A stretch of 64,000 bases of DNA, taken from assembly GCA_020184695.1 (NCBI GenBank), contig JAANOX010000070.1, forward strand, positions 186,001 to 250,000. The letters are read 5' to 3'. Shown here piece after piece: positions 22,900 through 33,739 of this stretch; position 1 is the first letter of the stretch; every line of letters begins with the position of its first letter. Origin of the DNA: Histomonas meleagridis 2922-C6/04-290x. Taxonomy: Eukaryota > Protista > Parabasalia. Below the pieces are notes generated by a model. The model was not told where the DNA came from. It saw nothing but the letters and a program-made list of their open reading frames with translations, and made no database searches. Both the position numbers and the translations under genes were made by a program.

Positions 22900-25722
22900 T
22901 TAAAAATCAAGAACTTCTGCAAATGGATCACTTTCTCCATCTTTATCAAATAATGGATTTGCGAATTTTTGAGAAGTTTTATTATCCTTTATGTCATGCT
23001 GAATTCCTGGATCTGACTTATCATAGATATTATTATATTTTTTGTAAATAATAATTCCAACAATAGCGATTCCAATTAAAGAAGCAACTGTGATAAAAAT
23101 ATAACTTGTTGAAGATGACGACTTTGAATGATCTTCCTTGTTTTGTGTTTCTACTGATGAATATATTGGAAATGATATTGGAGAAGATAAAGCTGATGTA
23201 GGTGGCATTGAAAGTGACAATATTTGAGATGATGTTGGTAGATGTGTAGGAGATGCTGTATGCGTTGATGTTGGTGATGAAGTTGGTGCTAAAGTTGGAG
23301 ATGACGTTGGTGATGACGTAGGTGATGATGTAGGAGCTAAAGTTGGTGTTGAAGTTGGCGATGATGTTGGTGTTGAAGTTGGAGATGATGTAGGTGACGA
23401 TGTTGGTGTTGAAGTTGGCGATGATGTAGGTGACGAAGTTGGAGATGATGTAGGTGACGATGTTGGTGTTGATGTAGGCGCTAATGTTGGAGATGAAGTT
23501 GGAGATGACGTAGGTGTTGATGTAGGCGCTAATGTTGGTGTTGAAGTTGGCGATGATGTAGGTGACGAAGTTGGTGTTGATGTAGGTGATGATGTTGGTG
23601 TTGATGTAGGCGCTAATGTTGGTGTTGATGTAGGCGCTAATGTTGGTGTTGATGTAGGTGATGATGTTGGTGTTGAAGTTGGTGTTGATGTTGGTGATGA
23701 TGTAGGTGACGAAGTTGGTGATGATGTAGGTGATGATGTAGGTGATGATGTTGGTGATGATGTAGGAGATGATGTTGGTGATGATGTAGGAGATGATGTA
23801 GGCGTTGAAGTTGGTGATGATGTAGGCGTTGAAGTTGGTGATGAAGTTGGTGATGATGTAGGAGATGATGTTGGTGATGATGTAGGTGATGACGTAGGCG
23901 TTGAAGTTGGTGATGATGTAGGAGATGATGTAGGCGTTGAAGTTGGTGATGATGTAGGAGATGATGTTGGTGATGATGTAGGTGATGACGTAGGCGTTGA
24001 AGTTGGTGATGATGTAGGAGATGATGTTGGTGATGAAGTTGGTGATGAAGTTGGTGATGATGTAGGTGATGACGTAGGCGTTGAAGTTGGTGATGATGTA
24101 GGAGATGATGTTGGTGATGATGTAGGTGATGATGTAGGCGTTGAAGTTGGTGATGAAGTTGGTGATGATGTAGGAGATGATGTTGGTGATGATGTAGGTG
24201 ATGACGTAGGCGTTGAAGTTGGAGATGAAGTTGGTGTTGAAGTTGGAAATGCCGGCTGTTTATCATATACCATTGGATGAATACGGTTTGAAGTAATTTT
24301 GCAATGCTGAGTATCTGCAACATTTCCTGCTCCATCCCTCACTGATATGTGAAAGTATTTTGATTTATCATTATTTTCAATGATATGTTTTGTTTCGTTT
24401 GTAACTTTTTCATATTTATTAGAAAACATAATGTTTGTATCAGGTTTATTATCTATAATATAATAATATTCTTTGATTCCTGTTTTTACTTCTACCCGTT
24501 TATCCTCAGAAATTCCAATCACATTCGAAACATCATCATTCTCAAAAGCAACGACTCTATAATAGTATTCTGATCCTTCATCAATTCCTTTCCATTTAAT
24601 CACTTTAGGATCTGATATACAATCTAAAATTATATATGGTTTTGCATTATCATTTGATGAATGATCTATAAGGCTTGTCAAATCAGTTTTTCTCTTTAAA
24701 AAACAAATCAAGTTTGCTAAAAGCTTACCCATAAAACCATTCTCTTTTCCATAAGGATCACAAATTTCCATGTTTGCGACATTGTTATTAACAGAAAGAA
24801 AAGGATAATAATTTTCATGTTCTTTCCAACTATCATTACCAAATTGAACCCATGTATCTCCTTTTGCAACTATATTAGAAGGACCACAGAGTGAAATGCC
24901 AAATATATCACCAATATATCCTACTTCATGTGGATATAGTGTTAAGGGACCTCTTTTTACTATTTTTACTATGCTTTTTTGTTCATTTTCTTGGAATTCA
25001 TAATCACTTGGAGAAGAATACACATTAAAATATGAATTTCCTAATGTTAAAAGAGAATTTTTCCTTCCCGAGTAATAAAAATATGAGCTAAGTAAATCAC
25101 GACCAGCAATAAATCCTCCTTCATTTTCAATAAAAGGTTTTATATATTTTGTAACTGTTTCTGTTGATATTGCATTACATGCCGAATAAGGATATGAACC
25201 ATGAAAAACTACATCATACTGATATATCATTGATGGATCTTCTTCAAATTGATCAATAGATACTTGTGTTGTTTGAATTATATGCTTTTTCGTTTTTTTA
25301 TCAATACCAGCACCTATAAATGTATAAAAATAATTCATGTTGTCAAATTTCAGAGAATCACCATCCAACCAGGATTTAAACAAAGCTGTAATGGGAATTA
25401 CATCAGTTTTCTCATTATGATATACTACATTCAGATTACGTGCATTATATTTAGCATCACATTCAGGTATTGTTTCTCCTTTAGTTGAAGTACTTGGATA
25501 TATATGTAAAAATTTTATTGTTTGACCATCTGAATATGTACTTATTGTTTTCCATTTTTCATTAGGCTTTTTTTGATATACCAGATATTGAACATTATCT
25601 CCTGGAACTTTAGACCATTTGAGAATTGTTCCTCCATATTCATGTAAAAGTGAAGGGTCAACTGAAAGTTGAAGGTCAATTAATTGATGACATTTTAATA
25701 AATATAAAAATAATAAAAACAT
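22900..25722 (-). CDS. Type-I surface protein with mucin-like (PTSS/PTST) stalk, TM and NPLF/DPF cytoplasmic tail
   Basis: Probable start [11 protein letters not shown] at 25722; globular N-terminal domain, then ~330 aa of PTSS repeats, [22 protein letters not shown] and tail [17 protein letters not shown]. Confidence 0.8.
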   Translation of the reverse strand: MFLLFLYLLKCHQLIDLQLSVDPSLLHEYGGTILKWSKVPGDNVQYLVYQKKPNEKWKTISTYSDGQTIKFLHIYPSTSTKGETIPECDAKYNARNLNVVYHNEKTDVIPITALFKSWLDGDSLKFDNMNYFYTFIGAGIDKKTKKHIIQTTQVSIDQFEEDPSMIYQYDVVFHGSYPYSACNAISTETVTKYIKPFIENEGGFIAGRDLLSSYFYYSGRKNSLLTLGNSYFNVYSSPSDYEFQENEQKSIVKIVKRGPLTLYPHEVGYIGDIFGISLCGPSNIVAKGDTWVQFGNDSWKEHENYYPFLSVNNNVANMEICDPYGKENGFMGKLLANLICFLKRKTDLTSLIDHSSNDNAKPYIILDCISDPKVIKWKGIDEGSEYYYRVVAFENDDVSNVIGISEDKRVEVKTGIKEYYYIIDNKPDTNIMFSNKYEKVTNETKHIIENNDKSKYFHISVRDGAGNVADTQHCKITSNRIHPMVYDKQPAFPTSTPTSSPTSTPTSSPTSSPTSSPTSSPTSSPTSTPTSSPTSSPTSSPTSSPTSTPTSSPTSSPTSSPTSSPTSSPTSSPTSTPTSSPTSSPTSSPTSSPTSTPTSSPTSSPTSTPTSSPTSSPTSSPTSSPTSSPTSTPTSSPTSTPTSSPTSSPTSSPTSSPTSSPTSSPTSSPTSSPTSSPTSTPTSTPTSSPTSTPTLAPTSTPTLAPTSTPTSSPTSTPTSSPTSSPTSTPTLAPTSTPTSSPTSSPTLAPTSTPTSSPTSSPTSSPTSSPTSTPTSSPTSSPTSTPTSSPTSTPTLAPTSSPTSSPTSSPTLAPTSSPTSTHTASPTHLPTSSQILSLSMPPTSALSSPISFPIYSSVETQNKEDHSKSSSSTSYIFITVASLIGIAIVGIIIYKKYNNIYDKSDPGIQHDIKDNKTSQKFANPLFDKDGESDPFAEVLDF
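23260..24248 (-). repeat. 12-nt tandem repeat encoding (PTSS/PTST)n
   Basis: GATGATGTAGGT/GAAGTTGGTGAT-type units on the + strand. Confidence 0.95.
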
Positions 25723-26779
25723 GAAAATGATATGTTTTATGAAGTAATATTGAATTTGGTATTGGAAATTAAAAGATACTTTTTTTACCGAGCATAATAA
25801 AAAAAATTGTCTATTTGTTACAAAAATATATGGTTTTATGTTTTGCAATTAATACATTAGAGTAAAGATCTACTAACACAAACAATGATAACCATCTTGT
25901 TAATAACTGATATATTTATTTTATGAAACAATCTTGTTGAAGAGTAAAAAAGAAGAAATTATTAAATAAGTCAATTTTCTTTTTGGAATAATTCAGTAAG
26001 AAAAGTAACCACATGCTAAACAAAATTTTTAAATAAATTTAATTTGAATAGTATTCTAAATAAAATATATAAAATGGTACATCTTGCACACATTAGCATC
26101 CTGTATCATTAGTTTTTTTCATTTGGTACATCGAAGCGGTTATTTGAATGTTTATCACTTGGAAACGATCAACTTCAACACAATTCATTCAACCACAAGC
26201 AATTGACAACGATAAGTATTCAATTTGTGAGGCCATCCAAATTGTGGTGTGTTTTGAAAACATTTCAATCAAAAACGATCATGCATAAAATTGATTAATT
26301 TTAATCGTAATTATGGAACACATGGCTTTTCATTTGATGTTCTTGCACTCTCTAATATCTTTGTATATTTTTTACGAAGAGGCCTTTACATATATTTATC
26401 TTGCACTTTATACAAATAGTTAATTCTTTTTTTATATGATTTTTAGTAAAAAATTTGAATGTGTTGATTGAATGTTTTACATTTTTCTAAATGCATCCTG
26501 CGGTGATATACTATATATGTGCAATGCGTAGTATGTATACTACACTTAATATCTGTAGTGCCTGGTTGTTACATGTGTGAAATATGCACGTGGAAATAAC
26601 ACTACTCATGCATTTTTGGAAATTGACTATTGCGCCAATTGCACCGTTCTTGGCGCCAGCAAGACTTCACTTTTTGAATGATAGGCGCATTCAAATAATT
26701 GTATGAGGTCACACATTCCAAATTTGTATACTCATACATCCTATAAATATGGCAATTTATCAGCTTTTGTTTTGAAAAC

Positions 26780-27958
26780 ATGTTTTTCTTTTCATTTCTA
26801 TCTTCTCTTCATTTTCCAGAACCAAATATTTCATATAAAGAATACAAACACTTATCACTTGAAGCAGAAAAGTTTTTTCATTTACCAATATGGAAAAGAG
26901 GATATCAAAAATGTTCGTCACCAAAAAGTGAAATCAGCTGCACTTTATTACTCCATGCATACAATACAGTCATCGCCTGGGAAGAAGAAGTAAAAGATAT
27001 TCAATTTGTGGATAGTAAAATTGTAGATGTTTTGATGCAATACGGCATGGGAAATGCTTTTTATCATCAAGTTAGTGGAGCCGTCATGGCCCTTGCTCTT
27101 AATCGTTCCATATTTGGCCGTGTTAATTTTACAGATGACGGATTATTATTTCCTGAATCTTTTAAAGTTCAACAAATTTCTGAAGGCTATAAGCGTAAGT
27201 CTAAAAATCTTTTTGGCTTAGAACATTGGGTAAAGTTTAATTATCAAAAATTATTAAAATTAGAAAAACCACTTAAATCCACATCAGTCTATCCATATTT
27301 TCTTCTCACGGATTACTACATTAATGAATATGTACGTACGCATTTTGGTATTCATTTTGTATATTTTTTATCCAATTATTTTTCATATTTTAATGAGTCC
27401 ATCATTGACTATGTGCAAGAACAATTCAAAGCGATCCCTACAAGTTCGAAAGTTTTAGGAATTCATATTCGAAAATTTGGTAAAAAACGGTGTTTCATCA
27501 ATAACATTGAATTTCTAAAAAAAGTGTTAGTGCCATTTTTAGATCATTATGTCATTGAAGAAAAGCCGTATATCTTCTTCACATCGAATAGTGACGAATA
27601 CACAAAATATTTCCAAGAAAAATATTCAGATCGTTTATTTGTTTCTACTGCTATTAAGGTACAAGATGGAGAACGTGTTGACGCTTTACGTGATATAGCT
27701 TGTTTAATGATGTGTGATAAATTGATTGGCACATTTAGATCAAGTTTCTCTTCAATAGCTGCGGCAAGAGCTATGACAAATGCGTATTATTTATCATTAG
27801 ATGTAGAATATGTATTTAGATTTACCTCATCACAAACGAGCATATTCTCGATGATTTATGATACAGTGGATTGGAACTACATGGCAAATACAAGGATTTT
27901 GGATTCAGAAAATTATGAAGATGGCGCAAGAGCGTTTTATTACTATTTCGGAATTTGA
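26780..27958 (+). CDS. GT-B fucosyltransferase-like protein (NodZ/FUT8/GT23-like)
   Basis: VLGIHIR, IFFTSNS and ALRDIACLMMCDKLIGTFRSSFSSIA match alpha-fucosyltransferase motifs I-III. Confidence 0.7.
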   Translation: MFFFSFLSSLHFPEPNISYKEYKHLSLEAEKFFHLPIWKRGYQKCSSPKSEISCTLLLHAYNTVIAWEEEVKDIQFVDSKIVDVLMQYGMGNAFYHQVSGAVMALALNRSIFGRVNFTDDGLLFPESFKVQQISEGYKRKSKNLFGLEHWVKFNYQKLLKLEKPLKSTSVYPYFLLTDYYINEYVRTHFGIHFVYFLSNYFSYFNESIIDYVQEQFKAIPTSSKVLGIHIRKFGKKRCFINNIEFLKKVLVPFLDHYVIEEKPYIFFTSNSDEYTKYFQEKYSDRLFVSTAIKVQDGERVDALRDIACLMMCDKLIGTFRSSFSSIAAARAMTNAYYLSLDVEYVFRFTSSQTSIFSMIYDTVDWNYMANTRILDSENYEDGARAFYYYFGI

Positions 27959-28217
27959 TGCGTTCGTTTCCGATCATTTTAAATTCAAAAATTGATATAA
28001 CTAACTAGAATTGAATCGAAAACGATCGTTTCGAAAAATCGGTCTTTTGATAAAGTATTATAGAATAAGAATTGCCTAAAATATAAAGCATAACTATACT
28101 CTGTTAGTATTAATTTTTTTTTGTTTTATGGTTTTGATTACTATTTCATTGCATATTTTATTTAACATATTTCAATTATCAAAAATTAAATAATTTTTAA
28201 TCCCAATATTTGAGTGC

Positions 28218-29566
28218 TTAACGACTTCCACCACTTAAAAACTGCAAGAAAAGCTGCAGCTGTTCTTGTGTTAACTCTATATCTTCCATTTCCGCTTGTG
28301 TTGGTATCTCGCCTCCATAACTCCTATCAACACATTCACAAATGCTTAACAATTTCTGTTTAGATTCATCACATAGCCTTTCTTCTATGTTGTTTTCTTC
28401 TTCTTTTAATGATACCATTATGTTCCATGCAAAAGATCTTAATTCAACATATTCAGAAAGAATCATTTCATTAACGAATGGTATAAATTCATTAATAAAA
28501 CCAACCCTTAGTTGTTCTATTTCGCGTGTTTCTTTATGAAATGAAATTATTGCTAAATGCAAATTTGAATGTTGTGGAAATGCATGTGCAAGTGAAACAA
28601 GACGAGCACAGAAATTGTCTGCAATGAGTCGCTCTACGACTGTAGGAACATGTTGAGCTAACTTAGCAATAATAAAAATTATTTGCTCATCATAAGGCAT
28701 AAACGGTCGTTGAGGAAGTTCGCTGATGACCGAAAGAAGCTGTTCAAAGTGTGACGAAGCCGTTTCGCAAATCTGTATGCCAGTGATTGACGAGAAAATC
28801 GCCGAATATTGGGAAGTTAAAAGTGAAACTGAGGAATCTGTAAATACACGAAACATGGAATCAACTTCTTTGTCTGTGACAGTATCTTTAAGAAGAGATG
28901 ACTGTGTAATGTAAGGAATGAGCTTAAATAGATTTGTGAAAAGAAGAAATTGATCATATATTGCTAGATCTTCTGGATTTTGATTGATGATATTTATGAT
29001 TGTGGGTGTAAAGTTATTATATTTAAGATATTCTTGTAGGTTGGCGTACGGTTGATTGGTATCATTACTGAGAATTGATACAAAGAGATCATAAACAGAA
29101 CGATTGTAAACAAAAGGAAGAAGGGCAAGAACATAACTGTAATCATCTTCGTTGCTGACTTGCTTGATTTGTGTAATAACTGTTTGTATGATCATTGCAA
29201 TTCTATTAATTTTGATGGGATCTTTATTTATTAAGATAATTTGCAGATTCTCATGAATGGCTTTGGCGTTTTCTTTTAGGATGGCTTCAGCAAGATCATC
29301 ATTGTTGGTTGTTAATAGGGTAAAACATTTTGAAGATATTTGATGATTTTCTTCAGTTACATTTAAAGCATACTCGAACATTAGATTAAGATTTTCAATT
29401 AAACTGATGTTAGAAAACAAAAATACTATTTAACTAAAGGCTTATGATTTGAGCGAAACGCACGGAGACAGGAAGGATCAGATATAATGTCGATGAAAAC
29501 AGGTGATTCTGAGTTTAATTTTTCATTGAGCTCAGGTGAAACAGGTGAAAAAAAGAAGTTGAACAT
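28218..29566 (-). CDS. SAPS/SIT4-associated (PP6 regulatory subunit)-like protein, two exons (29566-29427; 29403-28218)
   Basis: Exon 1 MFNFFFSP..DIISDPSCLRAFRSNHKPLVK joins in frame to (Y)LIENLNL after removing a 23-nt GT-AG intron; FPQHSNLH resembles the SAPS C-terminal motif. Confidence 0.65.
29404..29426 (-). other. Canonical 23-nt spliceosomal intron
   Basis: GTATTTTTGTTTTCTAACATCAG: GT..AG with CTAAC branch point; removal restores the frame. Confidence 0.85.
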
Positions 29567-30203
29567 TTTATCCAGTATGTAGCCCAAACAGTCGAATTAG
29601 GGCAGCCCTAAACTGTAAACTATAGAAATAATATTTTTCTACCGCCAAAATTCCATACATATGTATGCCAAACATTGGAACAAAAAATAACTCTTAACAC
29701 TTAAATTATTGTTTTAAAAAATATTAAAAATGATAAAACCAAAAATCAGTCGTGGTGCTTAACTTTAATTTATGTTTATAGTGAATTAATTTTTTTATTT
29801 TGCAGCTCTGTGTTCCCAAGCGCATATCAACACATCAAATATATACCCGGTTTCAATATCTTTCGGTGGTGGCATTGTTGCAACTGCAATATGAAATTCT
29901 AGGTTAAATTTAACATCCGTTCGATATTAAACACATTAAAAACATTATGAAGGGTTAACCTATGAACTAAGCGCTTAGATTCAGCTGCTTGTTTCTTGAC
30001 AGAACCTTGAACCCTTCGGATGTTAATTGCTAATTAGTTTCCCATAGTTAAAATTATATCGTTTTCTAATACCGCTGATAACTCTTGGTACTCTTCACCC
30101 ATTGGTTATATCTTCGTTATTGCTTTGTTGAGAATTTTTTGATATTTCGTTTCATTAGTTTTTTATAACATCCTTAGCTTGTGTTGAAACTGAGATTTAG
30201 AAA

Positions 30204-30752
30204 TCAAATAAAACCAGCTGATGGAAGTCTCGGAACTGCGTTATTATCTTGTATTAACTCACCAAAAAATTCAATTTGATTTAGACATAAGATATTGTTT
30301 GAAGCTTTGTTTTTTGAAATTTGACACAGCTTAATGAACCTTAATGGCGTTTTACAAAGGCATCTTGTTGTGAACTCTGTGATATCAAGATCGTCAATGT
30401 ACATTTCATCAAGTGTAATCCACTTATTACCATCATTTGATCCACAAACAATCCATGCATTCATACGAAATTTTTTGTTGTTATTAGAGCAAAACCTTAT
30501 GGAGTAATGTGATGGAATTATTTTCCATTTCCTAAAATCAATTTGAAAGAATGAATTTGGTATATCGTTTGAGATCCAATCACATCCTGAATTATTTCTA
30601 ATGATTTCGTAAGGTTTTGTAATGGATAAAGGTGAAGTTGTTGAAGAAGTTATTCTAATTAAACCTGCCATATGCAAGTTTATTTTATATTTTTTTTCTA
30701 AGTTAAAGAACAACCCACAAAAAGGATGATTTTCGTCAAACTGGCAAATCAA
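30204..30752 (-). CDS. F5/8 type C (discoidin/galactose-binding-like) domain protein
   Basis: WISNDIPNSFFQIDF, PSHYSIR, WIVCGSNDGNKWITLD, LNQIEFFG; start codon uncertain. Confidence 0.7.
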   Translation of the reverse strand: MICQFDENHPFCGLFFNLEKKYKINLHMAGLIRITSSTTSPLSITKPYEIIRNNSGCDWISNDIPNSFFQIDFRKWKIIPSHYSIRFCSNNNKKFRMNAWIVCGSNDGNKWITLDEMYIDDLDITEFTTRCLCKTPLRFIKLCQISKNKASNNILCLNQIEFFGELIQDNNAVPRLPSAGFI

Positions 30753-30890
30753 CGTTGATCAGATGAGAAATTTGACGTTAAAATTTATTTACGCGCAACT
30801 TTTTCAGAGGGATCACATCACCTAATTCACATCAATTTTGATGCATAAACAAAATCTTAATAAATCTTTGAGAAAATAGTCAAGTTTGTT

Positions 30891-32213
30891 TTATTTGAGC
30901 ACCTCATAATCATCGCTATATTTACCAGGGTTCCTAAGCTGTAATTCTTTTACGATTCCCGTTCTTACTTCTTCATAATTTTCCCTAATTACATCTTCTG
31001 GTATCTTCTTCGATTGGAGTTCGCTTAATGCCAACTTCTTAACGCTGTCTAACATTATCTTCAAGTCATTATCCTTGAAATGCTGGAAGTTTCTCTTCTG
31101 CGCCATCCTTAACTTGTTGCTAGCTCCACTTTGTGGTGAATCGATGAAATCAGGATTCCAATCGGACAATCCAGAGTTTGCAGGCTTATCTTGTTCTTGT
31201 ACAACCATTGTTCCCATATCACAGAAAGTAGAATCAGAGAACAAAATTGTTGATACATCCTGTTGTGTTAATCCTGCGCAAAATCCTTCATCTTCTTCCT
31301 CTTCTTCTTCTTCTTCCTCTTCTTCTTCATCATATTCTTCTTCTTCAGCTTCGGCGCGTTCACGTGCATCTTTATATTGTGAGACAAGATCTTGAATAAT
31401 ATCATGACGCTTATTTTCGTTGTACTTTGTGATGAATTTGTGCTTAAGAAGTTCACTTGCTGTTGGTCTTAATTCTGGATCCTTATTAAGAGTGATCTTT
31501 ACGAAGTCCTTAAAATCGTCGGATGAGTTTGCTGGTGCTTCTGGTGGTGGGTTTTGTGGGATTTTAAGAATGGCGACGAGAGGTGGGAAACTATCTAATG
31601 GAGGATGTCCAGTAATAAGTTCGAGTGCTGTAATCCCAAGAGACCAAATGTCGGCTTTTGTATTGTGACCAACTGACATAATAACTTCGGGAGCCATCCA
31701 GTAAGGAGAACCAATTCGAGTGGATGTCTTACTTGAAAGAGATGAATCGAGTTGTGCAGAAACGCCAAAGTCACAAAGCTTGATTTCGCCTTTGGATGTA
31801 AGAAGGAGATTACCTGATTTGATATCACGATGAACGCGGTTCTTGGAATGAACATATTCGAGGGACTTTAAAACGCCGTAAAGAACAGCGCTGAGCTCCA
31901 TCTCGTTGAGTGGACGCTTGAGGACGTGCATAATGTCTGATAAAGAACCTCCATCGCAATACTCCATAACAAGCCATAGCTTACCGCTCTCAAAGAACCA
32001 GTCGAAGTAGTTGACAATCGTCTCGTGGGAAAGATCTATGACCATGTTAACTTCGGAAAGAAGAGGAAGCCAATCAGATTCTAGATCAATGATTTTGACA
32101 GCAACTGTTCTGTTTTTCTTCTTGTCTAAGGCTTTGTATACAGTACCATAGGCTCCGCGACCGATGACATTCAATAGTTCGTAATCATCTTTTGTTCCAT
32201 GTTCTGGATTCAT
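30891..32213 (-). CDS. STE20-family (MST/GCK-like) Ser/Thr kinase
   Basis: GRGAYG, VAVK, HRDIKSGN, DFG and GSPYWMAPE motifs; acidic poly-Glu linker. Confidence 0.93.
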   Translation of the reverse strand: MNPEHGTKDDYELLNVIGRGAYGTVYKALDKKKNRTVAVKIIDLESDWLPLLSEVNMVIDLSHETIVNYFDWFFESGKLWLVMEYCDGGSLSDIMHVLKRPLNEMELSAVLYGVLKSLEYVHSKNRVHRDIKSGNLLLTSKGEIKLCDFGVSAQLDSSLSSKTSTRIGSPYWMAPEVIMSVGHNTKADIWSLGITALELITGHPPLDSFPPLVAILKIPQNPPPEAPANSSDDFKDFVKITLNKDPELRPTASELLKHKFITKYNENKRHDIIQDLVSQYKDARERAEAEEEEYDEEEEEEEEEEEEDEGFCAGLTQQDVSTILFSDSTFCDMGTMVVQEQDKPANSGLSDWNPDFIDSPQSGASNKLRMAQKRNFQHFKDNDLKIMLDSVKKLALSELQSKKIPEDVIRENYEEVRTGIVKELQLRNPGKYSDDYEVLK

Positions 32214-32999
32214 TCAAAGATAAGGAAAACCGGTGACGATAGGGGTAATTAATTCGTCACTTTTTCAATTGGCTTTTTCAATGGCTTTTTTATTCAAATC
32301 ATTCAAAATGGAACTTGTTGACCAACTAACGTTTTTGTTTAACAGACCTGAGGTGTGATTAAGATAGAACATTATAAATATGAAATTGTGATTTGGTATA
32401 AGATTGACATTTCATGAACTATATTAAAATGCAAGAAAATTTATGAGTAATTGGAAATATATCTTCAATTTTGAAATTTTTTTAACAAATACTCTCATTA
32501 AATTTATTTGCTGTTGAAATGAAACATATTTTATTGCGGAATTTGAAATGATTTTGGAAATATTTGTGTTTTTTAGCATTCGGATTTCGTTAGAGTTGAA
32601 CGATCATTTCCGTTTAAGTTAACCGCCACTTTTCAATAATTTACGTCGGTGAAGCAAATTTGTTCACTTGATGTAATACCTGAAATATATAATTCGCAGA
32701 CTCCTTAATGATATTTTTTTAGTGAAAATGCTGAATACGACAAATACAGATAAATAATGCGCATTAGAAGAAACTTGTTTCAAATAAACCATAGCTTGTT
32801 GGCTCCAATGTAGTTCTTCCAAATGCTAAATTGAATATCAAATTACATTTATATATCTTTCTCTTTAATTTTTAATTTGTCATTTTATATGCACCTTAGT
32901 GCATAATCTCTCTTTGGTCTTCGAGTGGTCCATTTGATGAACATTTAGAATAAAATGTACCAAATCAAATTCAAATAGAAAGAGAATGAGATATAAAAT

Positions 33000-33477
33000 T
33001 TGGTCCATTTGCAGTGAATGATTATAAAGAAGGAGAACATACATCATTACATACACATTCATTTTCAAGTTCGAATACACATTCACTAAATCAAATACAT
33101 ATACATAATCAAATTATTCAGTAAATCGAATACATTTATAAATTCGAACACATTCACTTAATCAAATACATATACATAATCAAACACATACACAAATTCA
33201 AATGCATTCACTAAGTCGAATACATGTATAAAATCACTTCAGAGTTATTTATCTTTATCATTTTCTTATATAATAACCATTTCAGTATCTATTACAACAC
33301 TTATCGAATTATTGATTCGAATTCGAAACAAAAAATCAGAAAAACGAAAGTTCGGAAGAAAATGTTAACGAAAAAGAAACTACAAATACATTTGCAACAG
33401 GAATTTATATGTCAACAATTGAAGGAGATCCTTTTGCTGCTGATTTCAAAGAAGATAAATTTATTGTGCAAATGTAA
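33000..33477 (+). pseudogene. Decayed 3' fragment of a BspA-type surface-protein gene
   Basis: Frameshifted SNTFTKSN-like repeats followed by an intact tail GDPFAADFKEDKFIVQM* nearly identical to the tail ending at 45374. Confidence 0.75.
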
Positions 33478-33739
33478 TTTTGTCTAAAAACAAATTTTGA
33501 ATAAACACTAATTTTTTTGAGATATCATTAATTTTAATTTCAATAACAAGAAATGCATTTTTAAAGGATACAAAAAATTCGCATTACTTGTGAATTATAT
33601 CTATATTAGAAATAATTTTTCAACTTTAACTCTTTTTATTACTTCAAATATACAAATTAATGAACTTTGTTATTTGTGCACCAACAAGACATATAACTAC
33701 GAAATGACTGAGTACTGATGTAACATCGGTGATCAATGA

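Noticed and set aside
23637-24335. His/Gln-rich 232-aa ORF, and similar ORFs at 48307-48774, 48790-49227, 52312-52845 and 3054-3470
   Set aside because: These are alternative-frame or antisense shadows of low-complexity coding repeats.
26538-26547. U2 snRNA (AAGTGTAGTA on the minus strand)
   Set aside because: The flanks do not match U2 stem I or the downstream sequence, and the motif is one arm of a local hairpin.
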